64,000 nt of DNA from Nitrospirota bacterium. Lineage in GTDB: Bacteria > Nitrospirota > UBA9217. The notes under the pieces were generated by a model that saw only the letters and a list, made by a program, of their open reading frames with translations, did not search any database and was not told where the DNA came from. This document shows, piece by piece, positions 39,185 through 50,527 of the stretch (positions within the stretch are counted from its first letter, which is position 1; the number at the start of each line of letters is the position of its first letter). The stretch is taken from contig CAVTRN010000002.1 of assembly GCA_963737155.1 (NCBI GenBank), positions 224,001-288,000 on the forward strand. The letters are read 5' to 3'. The position numbers were made by a program, and so were the translations under genes.

Positions 39185-40063
39185 ATGAAAACGATACAAT
39201 TATTTCCCCTAGCCGCTCTCATCACGCTCTTCGTAGGTTGCGCAACGCCTAAGCCGCCAGTTGAACTCGTCGACGCTCGTACGGCCTACCAACGCGCAAG
39301 CGAGGGCCCGGCGGAGCAACTCGTGCCTGCGGAATTACACAGGGCGCATGAGGCACTCGACCTTGCGGAACAGTCATTCCGGAAGGAACCCGACTCGTTC
39401 AAAACTAAAGATCTCGCTTACGTCGCCCAGCGCAGGGCTGAACTGGCGGAAACGCTTGCCGCAATAGCCGCCGACGAGGCAGACAAGGACAAAGCGAACG
39501 CTGATTTCGAGAAGCAACAAGCCGAAATAGTAAAGAAGAAGCAGCAGGACTTGATCGAAGCTGAGAAGCGGACGACTGAAACGCTTGCCGCAATGGAAGT
39601 AGAAAAGGCGAATAAGGAAAAAGCGGATGCTGAAATGAAGGCGGCAGCCGCGCAGGCAGAACTCTCCAAACTCGCTGATGTCAGAGAAGAGGAGCGTGGA
39701 CTGGTCGTCATGCTCTCCGGGAGCGTTCTCTTTCGTTCAAACGAGTCGACCTTGTTGCCAACCGCAGTTGCGAAGCTTGATCAAATGGCCAAAGCGATGC
39801 TGGCAGTTGGCGAACGCAACCTCATTGTGGAGGGTTACACCGATTCACGGGGCTCCGATTCATACAACCAAGAGCTCTCGCAACGTCGGGCCGATGCAGT
39901 CCGCGATTACCTCGTGGAGAGAGGCTACCCGGCTGACCGTATCCAGGCACTCGGAAAGGGTAAGAGCAGCCCGATCGCCGACAACAGTTCAGCAGAGGGA
40001 CGCGCAAACAACCGACGCGTCGAGATCATCATCGAGCGTGAATCGCCGTCATCCAAACCGTAG
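39185..40063 (+). CDS. OmpA-family lipoprotein with DUF4398-like domain
   Basis: EGYTDSRG, LSQRRA, NRRVEI. Confidence 0.9.
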   Translation: MKTIQLFPLAALITLFVGCATPKPPVELVDARTAYQRASEGPAEQLVPAELHRAHEALDLAEQSFRKEPDSFKTKDLAYVAQRRAELAETLAAIAADEADKDKANADFEKQQAEIVKKKQQDLIEAEKRTTETLAAMEVEKANKEKADAEMKAAAAQAELSKLADVREEERGLVVMLSGSVLFRSNESTLLPTAVAKLDQMAKAMLAVGERNLIVEGYTDSRGSDSYNQELSQRRADAVRDYLVERGYPADRIQALGKGKSSPIADNSSAEGRANNRRVEIIIERESPSSKP

Positions 40064-40289
40064 TCCGAAAAGAGGAATTACCTAATCCCGGCTTAAGCCG
40101 AATGAACATGCAATCGTCACCAGGAGGCATTTATCATAGAGCACCACAATGAATATCCAAGGGAGCACAAGAATATCACACAGGACAGGGTTTGCGTGGT
40201 TATGTACCTTCCCTGTGGAGCACCGGGTGCATTTTTGGTAAAGAGCGTCATTGTGTCGCCATGATGTATTTCTATGCTAATTTCGGAAA

Positions 40290-40455
40290 AAGCCATTACG
40301 TTGCTCGAAGGGCATGCTTCAGAGGATGAACTTAGGACAGTTGATGCGCTCGCTGTAGCAACGGCGCTCTGGGAAGACGATATTCTCGTGAGCGCGAACT
40401 ATAAGCACTATAAAAAAAATAGCCTGACTCGATGTGAGCAAATTTGAACCCTGAG
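40290..40455 (+). pseudogene. VapC/PIN toxin C-terminal relic
   Basis: DALAVATALWEDDILVSANYKHY then frameshift. Confidence 0.6.
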
Positions 40456-40767
40456 ACAGTACAAACGGGGACCCGCATGACAGAGGAATATACGCAAAAG
40501 TCTCAATTTTTAGCACGTAGGGCACTTTAGTGACGTGTTCCTGGTTCGTGTGCTACCCGACGTCCCTTGAGAACCGGTGATCAACGAAATTGAAGCCCGT
40601 GTTAGTCTTAATCGATTGGCGAGATTAAAGCTTGGCCGCTCGCTCCGATAAAATATGACTCGTACTTCACACGTTAATCCTATTGGGCGGAAGCCACTCA
40701 TTATTTGATGACTTTCCGCTCCTTCCGTCCCGTCGGGCAATTAGATTATCGTAAAGCGGTGAATTGC

Positions 40768-42255
40768 ATGGGGCAACCTCGGGAATTCATACCCGTTACA
40801 ATCGACAAGAGCCACATCACTACCATAGGCGAACGGCTTTACGCTGAGAGCATAGAGTTTGTGCGTGAGCTGGTGAACAATGCGTACGACGCCGACGCGG
40901 AACTCGTAGAGATCATGATGACCGACGATGCAATCGAGATTCGCGATAACGGCTCGGGGATGGATATTGAAGGTCTCAAGCAGTACTTTAATATCGGCTC
41001 GCAGCAGAAGCTCTCTTCACCCAAATCCCCTAGATTCAACCGGGATCGTATTGGCATGTTCGGTATCGGTAAATTTGCCAGTCTTTCTGCCTGCAAACGC
41101 TTCGAGGTGATTACGAAGCGCGAAGACTTCGTTGGGCGAGTGATCTTCGATAAAGAACAGTGGGAGCAGTCGCAAGACGCGTGGCAGCTTCCCTTCGAAC
41201 GACTCCCGGCTGATTTCCGCAAACTGAACGGCACCACAGTGATACTCATCGGTCTGGACAGGATATTCGCTACTAAAGACATCGAGGCAAAGATCGTCGA
41301 GGGCACGCCCATCAAGGCGCCGCACTTTAAGGTCAGGATTAACAACCACACAGTTCAGCCCCGAAGCCTCACTGGCCAAAAGGTGACAGTTATCGACGGT
41401 ACTTCTTTCGGCCCTGTGACTGGAGAAATCGTGATTTTGCCCGAGACAGCGGCACAGACAAATGATCTCGGCATTGAGGTAAAAGTAAAGCAAGTAACCG
41501 TGCGAAGAGAGCTTTTCGGCATGGAAACCTGGGGACGGGCAATGGCCAGGATATCCGGCGAGGTCAACGCGGACTTCCTTCCTGTCACAAGCGACCGCAC
41601 AGGTTTTCTCAGGGACTCTGCCGAGTATAAGGAATTTCTTATCGTGATGGGTAAGGTGATGGAAGACATCAAGGTATTCCTCCAGAAGCTTATTACAAAG
41701 AAGGAAGGAAAGCGCGTTAGCCGGGCCCTAAAGGACGCACTCCAAAAGATTTATCGTTCCCTTGTATTAAACCCGGACCTCTCACCATTCGGTGCGCTTC
41801 CTTTAGGCGACGAAACCAAGGGCGTCGGTGGCGCAGCTGAAATACCGCAGAAAAGGGAAAGACTCTCCGAAAGCGAGGTTAAGCTAGCAGGCCAGCTCGT
41901 GGGAGAGCAGGCACCGCAACCTGAAAAAAAGCGCAAAAAAAAGCCCAAAGTAAAAATACTCACGCCGAATGCCATCATCAAACGGATCAAGTTCGGCGAA
42001 ACTGGGGTATCCTGTGTCGTAGATAGCTTCGGCGAGGAAGGTCCTGAGACCTTCTCCGAAGAGACGACTATCTACATTAATCGGGATCATCCCTTATACA
42101 AGCGGGAATCTGGAAAAATTGAAACCCACACGTTAAACCTTGCTCGCCTTATCACCCAGGAGATAGCCCTCATGAAGGATCCCCGTAATCCCCGGCAGGC
42201 ATTCGAGCGCCAGAGCAAACTCTTGAAGGATGCGTTCATCGATAAGGAAGCATAA
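40768..42255 (+). CDS. GHKL (HATPase_c_3) ATPase
   Basis: RELVNNAYDADA, DNGSGM, GMFGIGKFA, GTTV. Confidence 0.85.
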   Translation: MGQPREFIPVTIDKSHITTIGERLYAESIEFVRELVNNAYDADAELVEIMMTDDAIEIRDNGSGMDIEGLKQYFNIGSQQKLSSPKSPRFNRDRIGMFGIGKFASLSACKRFEVITKREDFVGRVIFDKEQWEQSQDAWQLPFERLPADFRKLNGTTVILIGLDRIFATKDIEAKIVEGTPIKAPHFKVRINNHTVQPRSLTGQKVTVIDGTSFGPVTGEIVILPETAAQTNDLGIEVKVKQVTVRRELFGMETWGRAMARISGEVNADFLPVTSDRTGFLRDSAEYKEFLIVMGKVMEDIKVFLQKLITKKEGKRVSRALKDALQKIYRSLVLNPDLSPFGALPLGDETKGVGGAAEIPQKRERLSESEVKLAGQLVGEQAPQPEKKRKKKPKVKILTPNAIIKRIKFGETGVSCVVDSFGEEGPETFSEETTIYINRDHPLYKRESGKIETHTLNLARLITQEIALMKDPRNPRQAFERQSKLLKDAFIDKEA

Positions 42256-42429
42256 GGTGGGTGCTAAGTGAGGAATTGCTAATCAGGCCCTGTCTTGTAG
42301 GACACTTTTTGAAGTTGTATGAACCGACGGTTTAATACTTTTGGACCCTCTCCACTTTGCCACCGATAGATTTACACGTTGTAAGTCAATCATGTCTCGA
42401 ACCGCTCTGTGATGGCCTTGTGCGAAGCC

Positions 42430-42564
42430 ATCATAGGTGTCGACAAAGCGGCTTTTCTCATGTTAAGAGCAATCGAAGACAATCTTAGAGACTTTCTTGT
42501 CGGAGGAATGGTAGTAACAAAATATGGCAATCCTGTGCGGGGAACCGAAATAGAAAATCTGTGA
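42430..42564 (+). pseudogene. Glycerate 2-kinase-like fragment
   Basis: IIGVDKAAFLMLRAIEDNL...GMVVTKYG resembles GxGKA..MA.A.E..L....G.VVTKYGH. Confidence 0.5.
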
Positions 42565-42826
42565 TACTGCTCCACGCCGAAGAAAGGTCTTGCGTCCAAA
42601 TCTGCGAATACCAGAATGCACAAACGTCGCAATAGCCGGACCCGTTCCTTCTTATGCCCCGGAGCAAGTTTACCATTGCACCCTTAATACAAAAAGGGGC
42701 GAAGACTGTTTTTTCTCTGCTGTTAAACTGCAGTAAAAGCTGATCAACAGGGCTTTAAAGCTTTGGGAGATCTGGAAATAGCCTGCTATTTTCTACGTGT
42801 ACTGGCACTTGCAAAGAGGGGGACTC

Positions 42827-43576
42827 ATGATCGCAAAAGAACAGATTTTCCAGATCGTTACGCTCATCCTAACCGTCGGATTGCTCGATGCCTTAGAGCG
42901 AAATCGCCCCCGTTTTCCTGTAAACCGCAAACTCAACCTTAAACTGAACATTATTGCAATCCTCGTGGTCATCTTCGTCGGAGAGTTCTGGAAGGCAGCC
43001 CTAATAAAGGGATTCAATGACCTGAATATGTCGGGTCTGCTAGCTTTTGACAGAACAAAGAAGATGCCAAGCGTGGCAAAGATATTGATGGCAATGATTG
43101 TCGCTGACTTTTGTCTCTACTGGGTCCATAGGAGTATGCACCGACGACGAATTCTATGGCTTACGCACGTCTTCCATCACTCTATCGACGAGCTCTGGTG
43201 GCTCTCAGGGTCAAGAACGAGCTTTGTACATCTTCTTATTTTCTCCGCTCCCCAAATTTTTATTGTTTACTATGTATTTCATATGACTCCAATAGAATCG
43301 GGCATCGCCTTCTCAATCGGGGTGATCGTCAATGTCTGGATCCATACAAACCTATCGGTAGACTTGGGCCAGCTGGAATGGCTCATCATTACTCCGAACT
43401 TTCATCGCATACATCACGCAGCACGGGGGCATTCGGGAAAGAATCTCGGATTTGTTTTGACCATTTGGGACAGGATGTTTAGCACTTACGCAAATCCCCG
43501 GACAAACGAGGATATTTTTGCACTTGCCTCTGTTTCAACGCATGGGCGCCTTCTCCGCATGATAGTTGGTATCTGA
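42827..43576 (+). CDS. Sterol desaturase/fatty acid hydroxylase family protein
   Basis: His boxes HRSMH, HVFHH, HTN, HRIHH. Confidence 0.9.
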   Translation: MIAKEQIFQIVTLILTVGLLDALERNRPRFPVNRKLNLKLNIIAILVVIFVGEFWKAALIKGFNDLNMSGLLAFDRTKKMPSVAKILMAMIVADFCLYWVHRSMHRRRILWLTHVFHHSIDELWWLSGSRTSFVHLLIFSAPQIFIVYYVFHMTPIESGIAFSIGVIVNVWIHTNLSVDLGQLEWLIITPNFHRIHHAARGHSGKNLGFVLTIWDRMFSTYANPRTNEDIFALASVSTHGRLLRMIVGI

Positions 43577-43758
43577 AAGAGTGCAAATGCGTTACTTATT
43601 ATCGCGGGGCTCGGAAAAGTATCGCTGATGTATGCCTCTATGCGGTGGTACTCGGGATAAAGTTTTCGTGGAGAGTAAATAGCTTGTTGCTCAAATGCCA
43701 GCGTAGCCGTTTATGGTCGCCCATATGGGATAGTGCCAGACTGACTATCGGGATTTAC

Positions 43759-43998
43759 GATCTCGCGGGATGATCGGATGCCGAGGCTGTAGCATATAAC
43801 AGCAGGGAGACCATCATCGACGGCTCAAAAGCTGCCTGGCCTTTCCGTCACGGCGGTGTTTTCGGTAGAACGCCGTAAGAGCCATTTCTGCTACAACGTC
43901 AAGGACCATCCAAACGAGGTCCTTGGATGGAAGCCACTCCTGCAAGGCGGCAGGAGATATACCTGCTCTCGGTTACAGTCTTTGAAAGATTAGGCCAT
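43759..43998 (-). pseudogene. IS1182 transposase N-terminal relic
   Basis: REQVYLLPP, QEWLPSKDLVW, FEPSMMVSLLLYA, SLGIRSSREI across frameshifts. Confidence 0.75.
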
Positions 43999-44530
43999 CG
44001 AGCTCTCCTTATATGCATGATGGCCAATACCATACTCTTCGTATAACAATTTAAGTGATTTGTGTAGCAGGTTCTGTTATAATGCTTATGTTATCTATTC
44101 CCTTACCAATATGTAGCCTTCCTGATGTTGTTGAAGTTGCAATCAATTGAAACACCAAAACTTCATCGCATATTCTTATTTTTTACGCCTGCATTTGAAA
44201 CTATTAGTGCTCAATTCTCTCCGAAGTCTGCATGCCTTAAAACACCTTCTTTTCTGCTTTATCTTGTCGAGAAATTCGATTATACTTTTTTATTAAACAA
44301 ATAAAGTTCATCACCACATCAGTCAAATGTTCAAAAAGCCCGCAAAGGCATAGTAATGGCCGATGGTATCTATATACATGCTCTTTTACCCAGGATAAAT
44401 CGGGCGTAATGAGATTCGTTTGTGTTGAAGCAGCAGAAAAAGATTTTAATAGCCTGAAATAAAAACATATAATCGTTCGATTCTAGCGGACCGCGAATCC
44501 GCAGTGCTTAACCTGGGGAGTGTAGATTTT

Positions 44531-46399
44531 ATGCCATTAAAAAAACTTCTCTTTGGAAGACGCCTACGGACCGAAGAGGAACAGGCCGAACAAATAGGAC
44601 TCTCGTCAGGCATACCGGTAGTCGGCCTGGATGCCCTCGCCTCGGCCGCATACGGTCCCGAAGCAGCGCTCACTATGCTGCTGCCTTTGGGGACTTTAGC
44701 GGTCGTGTACATCGGCCCGATCACCATACTCATAATTGCCGTGCTTTTCTCCGTTGCCATTTCTTATCGACAAACGATTGTAGCATACCCACAGGGAGGT
44801 GGCTCCTACACTGTCGCAAAAGAAAACCTTGGGGTGGTTCCCGGGCTCCTGGCGGCGAGCGCACTTTGTATCGATTATGTGCTGAATGTGGCGGTAGCAA
44901 TCTCGGCAGGTGTCGGTGCCCTGGTGTCCGCCATGCCGGCGTTACTACCCTACACGCTTCCGTTTTGTCTGATCATTCTGGCGTTTCTTACGATAGTGAA
45001 CCTGCGAGGCATTCGTTCTGCTGGTTTGATCTTCATGTTGCCTACCTACCTGTTCATTGGTTGTCTCGGAACCACCATTTTCGGAGGCATCGTTAAGACA
45101 CTTCTCGCACACGGCCATCCTCTTCCTGTTGAACAACTACCGAAGATTACATCGTCGTCTTCTGTGGCAACCGTCTGGCTGCTGGTACGTGCCTTCGCAA
45201 GCGGCTGTACCGCTCTCACCGGTGTTGAAGCCGTCAGTAACGCCGTCCCCATCTTTCGTGAGCCACGCATTCCTCTGGCCAGGCGGACGCTGACGATTAT
45301 TGTGACAATTCTGGCATTTCTTATCGCTGGTGTTGCCTTCTTGTCTCATAGCTATGGGATCACGGCCACACCTCCGGGCCAGGCGGGGTACCAGAGTGTT
45401 TTATCCCAAATGGTCGTAGCGGTCTCTGGTCGGGGCATTTTCTATTTTGTCAGTATGGCAGCGATCCTTATGGTTGTATCGCTGTCGGCCGATACTAGTT
45501 TTACTGATTTTCCTCGCGTTTGCCGTCTGCTTGCGCTTGATCAGTTTCTGCCCGCCGTGTTCGCTCACCGGGGGCGGCGGTTGGTTTACTCATATGGCAT
45601 AGTCGCTCTGTCTCTGTTATCCGGCATTTTGCTGGTTGTGTTTGGAGGGATCACCGACCGGTTGATACCGATGTTCGCAGTCGGTGCTTTCACGGCATTC
45701 ACTCTTTCGCAGCTCGGGATGGTCTTTCATTGGCGTCGGTCTCGTGAATCGCATGCTGCGCGCTCCCTTCTTCTGAACGGCGCAGGCGCAATAATTACGG
45801 GCCTGACGCTTGTCATTATTACAATATCAAAATTCCTGGAGGGTGCATGGTTGACGATCCTCGTAATTCCATTGCTTATCCTATTGTTTATAGCAGTACG
45901 ACGTCGGGAAAATAAGATTGCACGGCAGGTTGACGATTTCGGGCCATTGAAAATTCCCCACCTTTCTCCACCAATCATTGTGATTCCGGTGCAGCAACTC
46001 GACCGCTTGACCAGAAAGGCTCTGTGTTTCGCCCTCAGCCTGTCGCCCGATATACGAGCGGTCCAGATTCTTGCCGAAGAGATGAAGACCCAGGATTTTT
46101 CTCATCATTGGAGGGATTTGGTGGATCGGCCAGCGCAGGAAGCTGGATACAATTCACCGAAGCTCGTTGTCATCCCCTCCGCCTATCGGGAATACTTCGG
46201 CCCGTTGCTCGGGTACATCAAGCATCTCGGTATCGCCAATCCTGGCCGTGATATTGCGGTCATCGTTCCCGAGCTTGTAGAGAAAAGATGGTACGACTTT
46301 TTGTTTCCCCACAGGGCTTTGCTTCTAAAAAATCTGCTGCTCCTCAGTGGAGGTCCCCACGTCGTTATCATTAACACACCTTGGTATTTGCGTGAATGA
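44531..46399 (+). CDS. APC-family permease, KimA/YdaO-like
   Basis: DALASAAYGPE, YPQGGGSY, ALTGVEAVSN, FTDFPR. Confidence 0.9.
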   Translation: MPLKKLLFGRRLRTEEEQAEQIGLSSGIPVVGLDALASAAYGPEAALTMLLPLGTLAVVYIGPITILIIAVLFSVAISYRQTIVAYPQGGGSYTVAKENLGVVPGLLAASALCIDYVLNVAVAISAGVGALVSAMPALLPYTLPFCLIILAFLTIVNLRGIRSAGLIFMLPTYLFIGCLGTTIFGGIVKTLLAHGHPLPVEQLPKITSSSSVATVWLLVRAFASGCTALTGVEAVSNAVPIFREPRIPLARRTLTIIVTILAFLIAGVAFLSHSYGITATPPGQAGYQSVLSQMVVAVSGRGIFYFVSMAAILMVVSLSADTSFTDFPRVCRLLALDQFLPAVFAHRGRRLVYSYGIVALSLLSGILLVVFGGITDRLIPMFAVGAFTAFTLSQLGMVFHWRRSRESHAARSLLLNGAGAIITGLTLVIITISKFLEGAWLTILVIPLLILLFIAVRRRENKIARQVDDFGPLKIPHLSPPIIVIPVQQLDRLTRKALCFALSLSPDIRAVQILAEEMKTQDFSHHWRDLVDRPAQEAGYNSPKLVVIPSAYREYFGPLLGYIKHLGIANPGRDIAVIVPELVEKRWYDFLFPHRALLLKNLLLLSGGPHVVIINTPWYLRE

Positions 46400-46774
46400 T
46401 CGCTGCCATTGTTGACCGCGCGATAAGCTGTACAATTTACGCGAACTATGGGTGATATTGCAACTTTGTAGCTGATCTTCACAGATTGCGCCAGATTTAT
46501 TTCTCAACATTATCTACCTGTAGCTGCTGAAGTTGCCATTCTTACCTGAATTCATTAACGTCTGCCGTAAAAACCCCACTTGATATTATTGATATGGATG
46601 GTAAGGCGGGCCTAAAGTGGTGGCATATTGAATACGAATGTCACACCGAGCTCTTACTTATGCATGTCCCAATTGCAAATATAAATTGCGCCATTAATCT
46701 ATATTCTAATCAAGGGGGAAACTTATACCCATGAGTACGAAGGAGACACGGAGCATGGCTTGACTGGCGAGTAT

Positions 46775-46882
46775 ATGGCCCACGACTTTTGCTTTGTGCG
46801 AGACCCGTGGTTGGTATGGCTTCACGCACTATCCGATGTCCTGACCGGAATCGCCTACATTTCTATTCCCACCGCAATATAG
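46775..46882 (+). pseudogene. Relic of an ethylene-receptor-like membrane sensor N-terminus
   Basis: MAHDFCF...LVWLHALSDVLTGIAYISIP*. Confidence 0.6.
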
Positions 46883-47253
46883 GAAGCGGTAACGCGCTCT
46901 TGCTCATCTTTTTGTCGCCTATGGCCACCGGGGTACGATTACTTATAGTTTGGAGTCTGCCGGAGCCGGCTACAGTATCGGAAAGGCGACTAGGGATACA
47001 GTGTTCGGGAAATTTTAAAGAAAAGACTGCTAAGTCATTCTCAGTATCCGTCTAGCGTGTTTTCTATATGGGGATATACCAGTTAGTCCCGAATTCTAGA
47101 GGACCCGTAAGGTGATATTGATCACAGATTATAATCTCTCAATCCTATACTATGATACTGATAAAACAGGTGGGATTTTGATATGACGTGGGCTTGCATG
47201 ATATGTTGGCGGAACCGGCCGTCCGGTCGAATACGGATAACGGAGGATAAAAG

Positions 47254-47829
47254 ATGCTAAAACAAGAAGGGATGATCGATGTCAAGGTAGCGGAGAAGAA
47301 TCCCGTGGCGAGTGCAGTTAAAACCGCAGAACAGGGAATTAACACGATATGCAAGGGAAGCAAGGTTACCGGCAACATGGTCATCAGCCAGGATCTGCAG
47401 ATGAACGGCGACCTCGAGGGGAATATCGCTGCCGAGAACAATGCAAGCATCTTCATCAAGGGCACTTGCAAGGGGAACATCGATGCCAAGGGCGGCAGCG
47501 TCGAGATCGAAGGCGAAATGAGCGGAGGGAATATCAGCGCCGGAGGGTACGTGAAGATTGCCGGCAAGTTTGTCGGCGGCAAGATTCAGGCAAAAGACAA
47601 GATCCACATCAATGGCGAGTTCACAGGCAGTCTCGAGAGCAACGACGTAGAGCTCGGGGCCGCCGCGCGAGGCAAGGGGGAGATTTTGTACAAGGAGACG
47701 CTCTGCATTCAAAAGGGAGCGAAAATGGAAGGCAAAGTCACTCGTGCCGAAGCGGAACGGATGCCCGGGCCGGAACGAAATCCCGAACGAAAAGAGGAGC
47801 CGAAGCTGAAGAAAGGTTTCTTCTCGTAA
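47254..47829 (+). CDS. Bactofilin (polymer-forming cytoskeletal protein), extended
   Basis: Repeating G-x-I/V beta-helix pattern. Confidence 0.8.
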   Translation: MLKQEGMIDVKVAEKNPVASAVKTAEQGINTICKGSKVTGNMVISQDLQMNGDLEGNIAAENNASIFIKGTCKGNIDAKGGSVEIEGEMSGGNISAGGYVKIAGKFVGGKIQAKDKIHINGEFTGSLESNDVELGAAARGKGEILYKETLCIQKGAKMEGKVTRAEAERMPGPERNPERKEEPKLKKGFFS

Positions 47830-47979
47830 AAGATGGGGATGCAAGAGAATGAAACCTTTCAACGGTTATGGTCTCATCCTGCAAGTTGAGCAGGAGAAAA
47901 CTTGTCTACAAATAGGATCTGGCCCGTTTTAAATACATCGTCACGTCCGAGCTCGGAAGTATTTTACGGAGGCTATTTC

Positions 47980-48510
47980 ATGCATAAGCAGTCTCGAATC
48001 GTTCCATTAGTCTTCGGAATAATACTGGGCATTCTGTGTATGATCTATCTGCCCAAATATGTACGGTCCTACCTCCCCGAATCAATAGTGGGAAAAGAAA
48101 TCATGGTCAAGGGGACCGTTGTGGCGAAGGAGAAAAAGGGGGATGCTCTTCTTCTGACCGTGAGTACACCCGAAGGCGCGTTGCTGGCAACTTTCAAACT
48201 GCGGGCCAATGACGTAAATCTTCTCGTCAACGAAAAAGATGAGATCCAATTTGCCCTTCCGAAATACATGCCCTTTATCGACGACCCAAAAATCATACGA
48301 GTTATAAAAGAACAGCAGGTCGTTCCAACGCCGGCCGAAGTCCCCGCGGCATCCATCAGGCCCGTAGGAACCAGTACTAACGGAATTAAACGGCGGCAAC
48401 AGATGAAACCGAAGACCGCAACTCCGGCTCCCAGGAGCGCAAATGAAGTGAATCCGGCGGACCAGGGGAGCATCGCGCTGCCCGCCGGTGATAAGAAGCC
48501 CGAAAATTAA
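47980..48510 (+). CDS. Membrane-anchored hypothetical protein
   Basis: N-terminal TM helix, Pro-rich tail, GGAGG RBS. Confidence 0.65.
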   Translation: MHKQSRIVPLVFGIILGILCMIYLPKYVRSYLPESIVGKEIMVKGTVVAKEKKGDALLLTVSTPEGALLATFKLRANDVNLLVNEKDEIQFALPKYMPFIDDPKIIRVIKEQQVVPTPAEVPAASIRPVGTSTNGIKRRQQMKPKTATPAPRSANEVNPADQGSIALPAGDKKPEN

Positions 48511-49396
48511 ATACGCATTGCATAGCGTTCGCGCCTGGGTCTGCAGAAAGAGATGATCTTATTTTTGGCGTCGAGCACCTCATTTTGGACAGCTATTTCA
48601 GCATGCAATTCGGCGTAGCTCCGCATTATTAACCCGCGCGGCGGCCGGAAACCCGCAAAAGAAAATGTCTCGGCTGAGAGGATCTCAATCTCCAACTCAT
48701 TTAAAGGGTCATTTGTTTTTTTAATTAATATATTTGTAGGGACGCCGAATCGTAAGCACGACTCTGGTGAGGAAGACCGCATGCTGAACGAACCGGCTGC
48801 ACTTCGAGGGTTGCAAATAATGCGCCCTCTTACGAGCCGATTCTGTGTAGGTCACTAACAAAAATTTTTTGATTGTTTCAAACAAAGAGAACTACACAAC
48901 CTAAGCGTTTTTATTCATATCCAGCATGGTTAATACCCGGATTATATTTAACTTATCGGTAAATATTTTTAATAATTTAGTTATTTATTCATAAAGTAAA
49001 TATATTCGCACACATTTATTTAGGTAAGTATTTTGACCATGTTCCTCTTCTTTTGCTTTTGCGGTCACACTAATACCATACTTTCCACCTGATTCAATAG
49101 TATTTTGAAGAAGGTCAGTGTACCACATGCCTTAACGTTCACTACAGCCTGGAGCACGAAGCTGATTGCCGTTGTTGCCCGGAATAGTTGTCGCTTCGCA
49201 TAAAGATGTCACTAAAAACAACCTCTTCGCCGTTCCCATAACAGCCGGATGAAATCGTTTTTTAGCCACTCATGAGTAATGTCCATGATATTGGTTACGC
49301 TTCTGACATTTCTGCATGAAAACAACACCATTTCCCTCCTTTTTATATGTTATAATTAGAGTAAGTGGAAGAAGTTTTTTTGCAAGGAGGCATATT

Positions 49397-49714
49397 ATGG
49401 CAAGCGTTTTGAATGTTAAAGAGAGCAAGGGATTTTGCGATGCAGTCTATACCCAGCTGGCAGACATGAAGGAAAGAATTATTAAACTGAGGGATCAGTC
49501 AGTCGCGAAAAGTCCGGGGAAAGACATCGAAGGCGGGATGTTCGGACGGCACCTGAGCGAGCTCGCGGACCAGATCGACTGGAAGCTCCAGATATTGTCG
49601 CATTCCTGCCCCGTTGATTGGAAAGGCTCTGCGGATTACTTAGAGACGGCGCAAGTGAATACGACGGAGAGATCCGGAGATATTGAATTTTCTCCTGGGT
49701 ATGTCGGCGGGTAG
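49397..49714 (+). CDS. Hypothetical helical protein
   Basis: AGGAGG RBS; followed by a terminator. Confidence 0.7.
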   Translation: MASVLNVKESKGFCDAVYTQLADMKERIIKLRDQSVAKSPGKDIEGGMFGRHLSELADQIDWKLQILSHSCPVDWKGSADYLETAQVNTTERSGDIEFSPGYVGG

Positions 49715-49725
49715 GTAGAGGAATA

Positions 49726-49762
49726 AAAAAGGCCCCGGCATATATATCTTCGGGGCCTTTTT
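49726..49762. terminator. Intrinsic terminator
   Basis: AAAAAGGCCCCG...CGGGGCCTTTTT. Confidence 0.75.
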
Positions 49763-49950
49763 CGGCAAGGTGGAACTAATATGTAACTAAGACACGCCCT
49801 GCGCTCGCTTCTAAGTACAGGCTTTCGATAATTAGGTTTCATCTCGACCTAAGGGGATTTCTTTATTTGTTCATGAAAAGTGGTAAGATTGCTCGCTTCG
49901 CCCGAAATGACAGAAACATTAAGGATGGATTATTCAACAGGGGGTTGGAT

Positions 49951-50154
49951 ATGGAAACACTTTCTAGGAAGTGCACGGATATCAATACGGTCAGTTCATT
50001 CTGCGACTGCATCGCGGGGGGAGACACTGTGGATCCGGCTGCAAAGGCATTCTGCAACAGGGCGAAAACCGACAAAAACATCACTGGCGACGATCTGGCC
50101 GATCTGAAAAGAGCGCTGATCGATCTGGAAGATGAGGCATGTTGCGAATGCTAG
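49951..50154 (+). CDS. Small Cys-rich protein
   Basis: 67 aa, 7 Cys, ends CCEC. Confidence 0.55.
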   Translation: METLSRKCTDINTVSSFCDCIAGGDTVDPAAKAFCNRAKTDKNITGDDLADLKRALIDLEDEACCEC

Positions 50155-50527
50155 GTCAAGGGTTCCCCAGGGCGGCAGGAAAAGATAATGACCTCACCAG
50201 AATCAATTTAGGGACGTTGTTTCTAAGCTTACATTATCGTTTTACCACAGTTCATTCAAGATACTAAGAAAAGACATGTAGGAAACAACATCCCGTCGGT
50301 GCTCCGGTCGAAATCGATGACGCATGCGAAGGTGGAAGTGATATGCGAGGATCAATATGTGGATTGGAGTCGACCGGGTGGACTACCCGTTTCTGGAAGA
50401 ACTCCCTGTCTTTCTGCTCATCTTTTCGCTGCCTGCTGCCGCCACATTAATCATTGGTGGAAGTTTTTATAGGGCATTCTCGCGCAGGGAGCCTGCAGGG
50501 ACTGCAACCGGAAGGAAAAGGAGAAAC

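Noticed and set aside
40139-40180. Short GAGCAC...GAATATC duplication
   Set aside because: Only two degenerate copies; not an array
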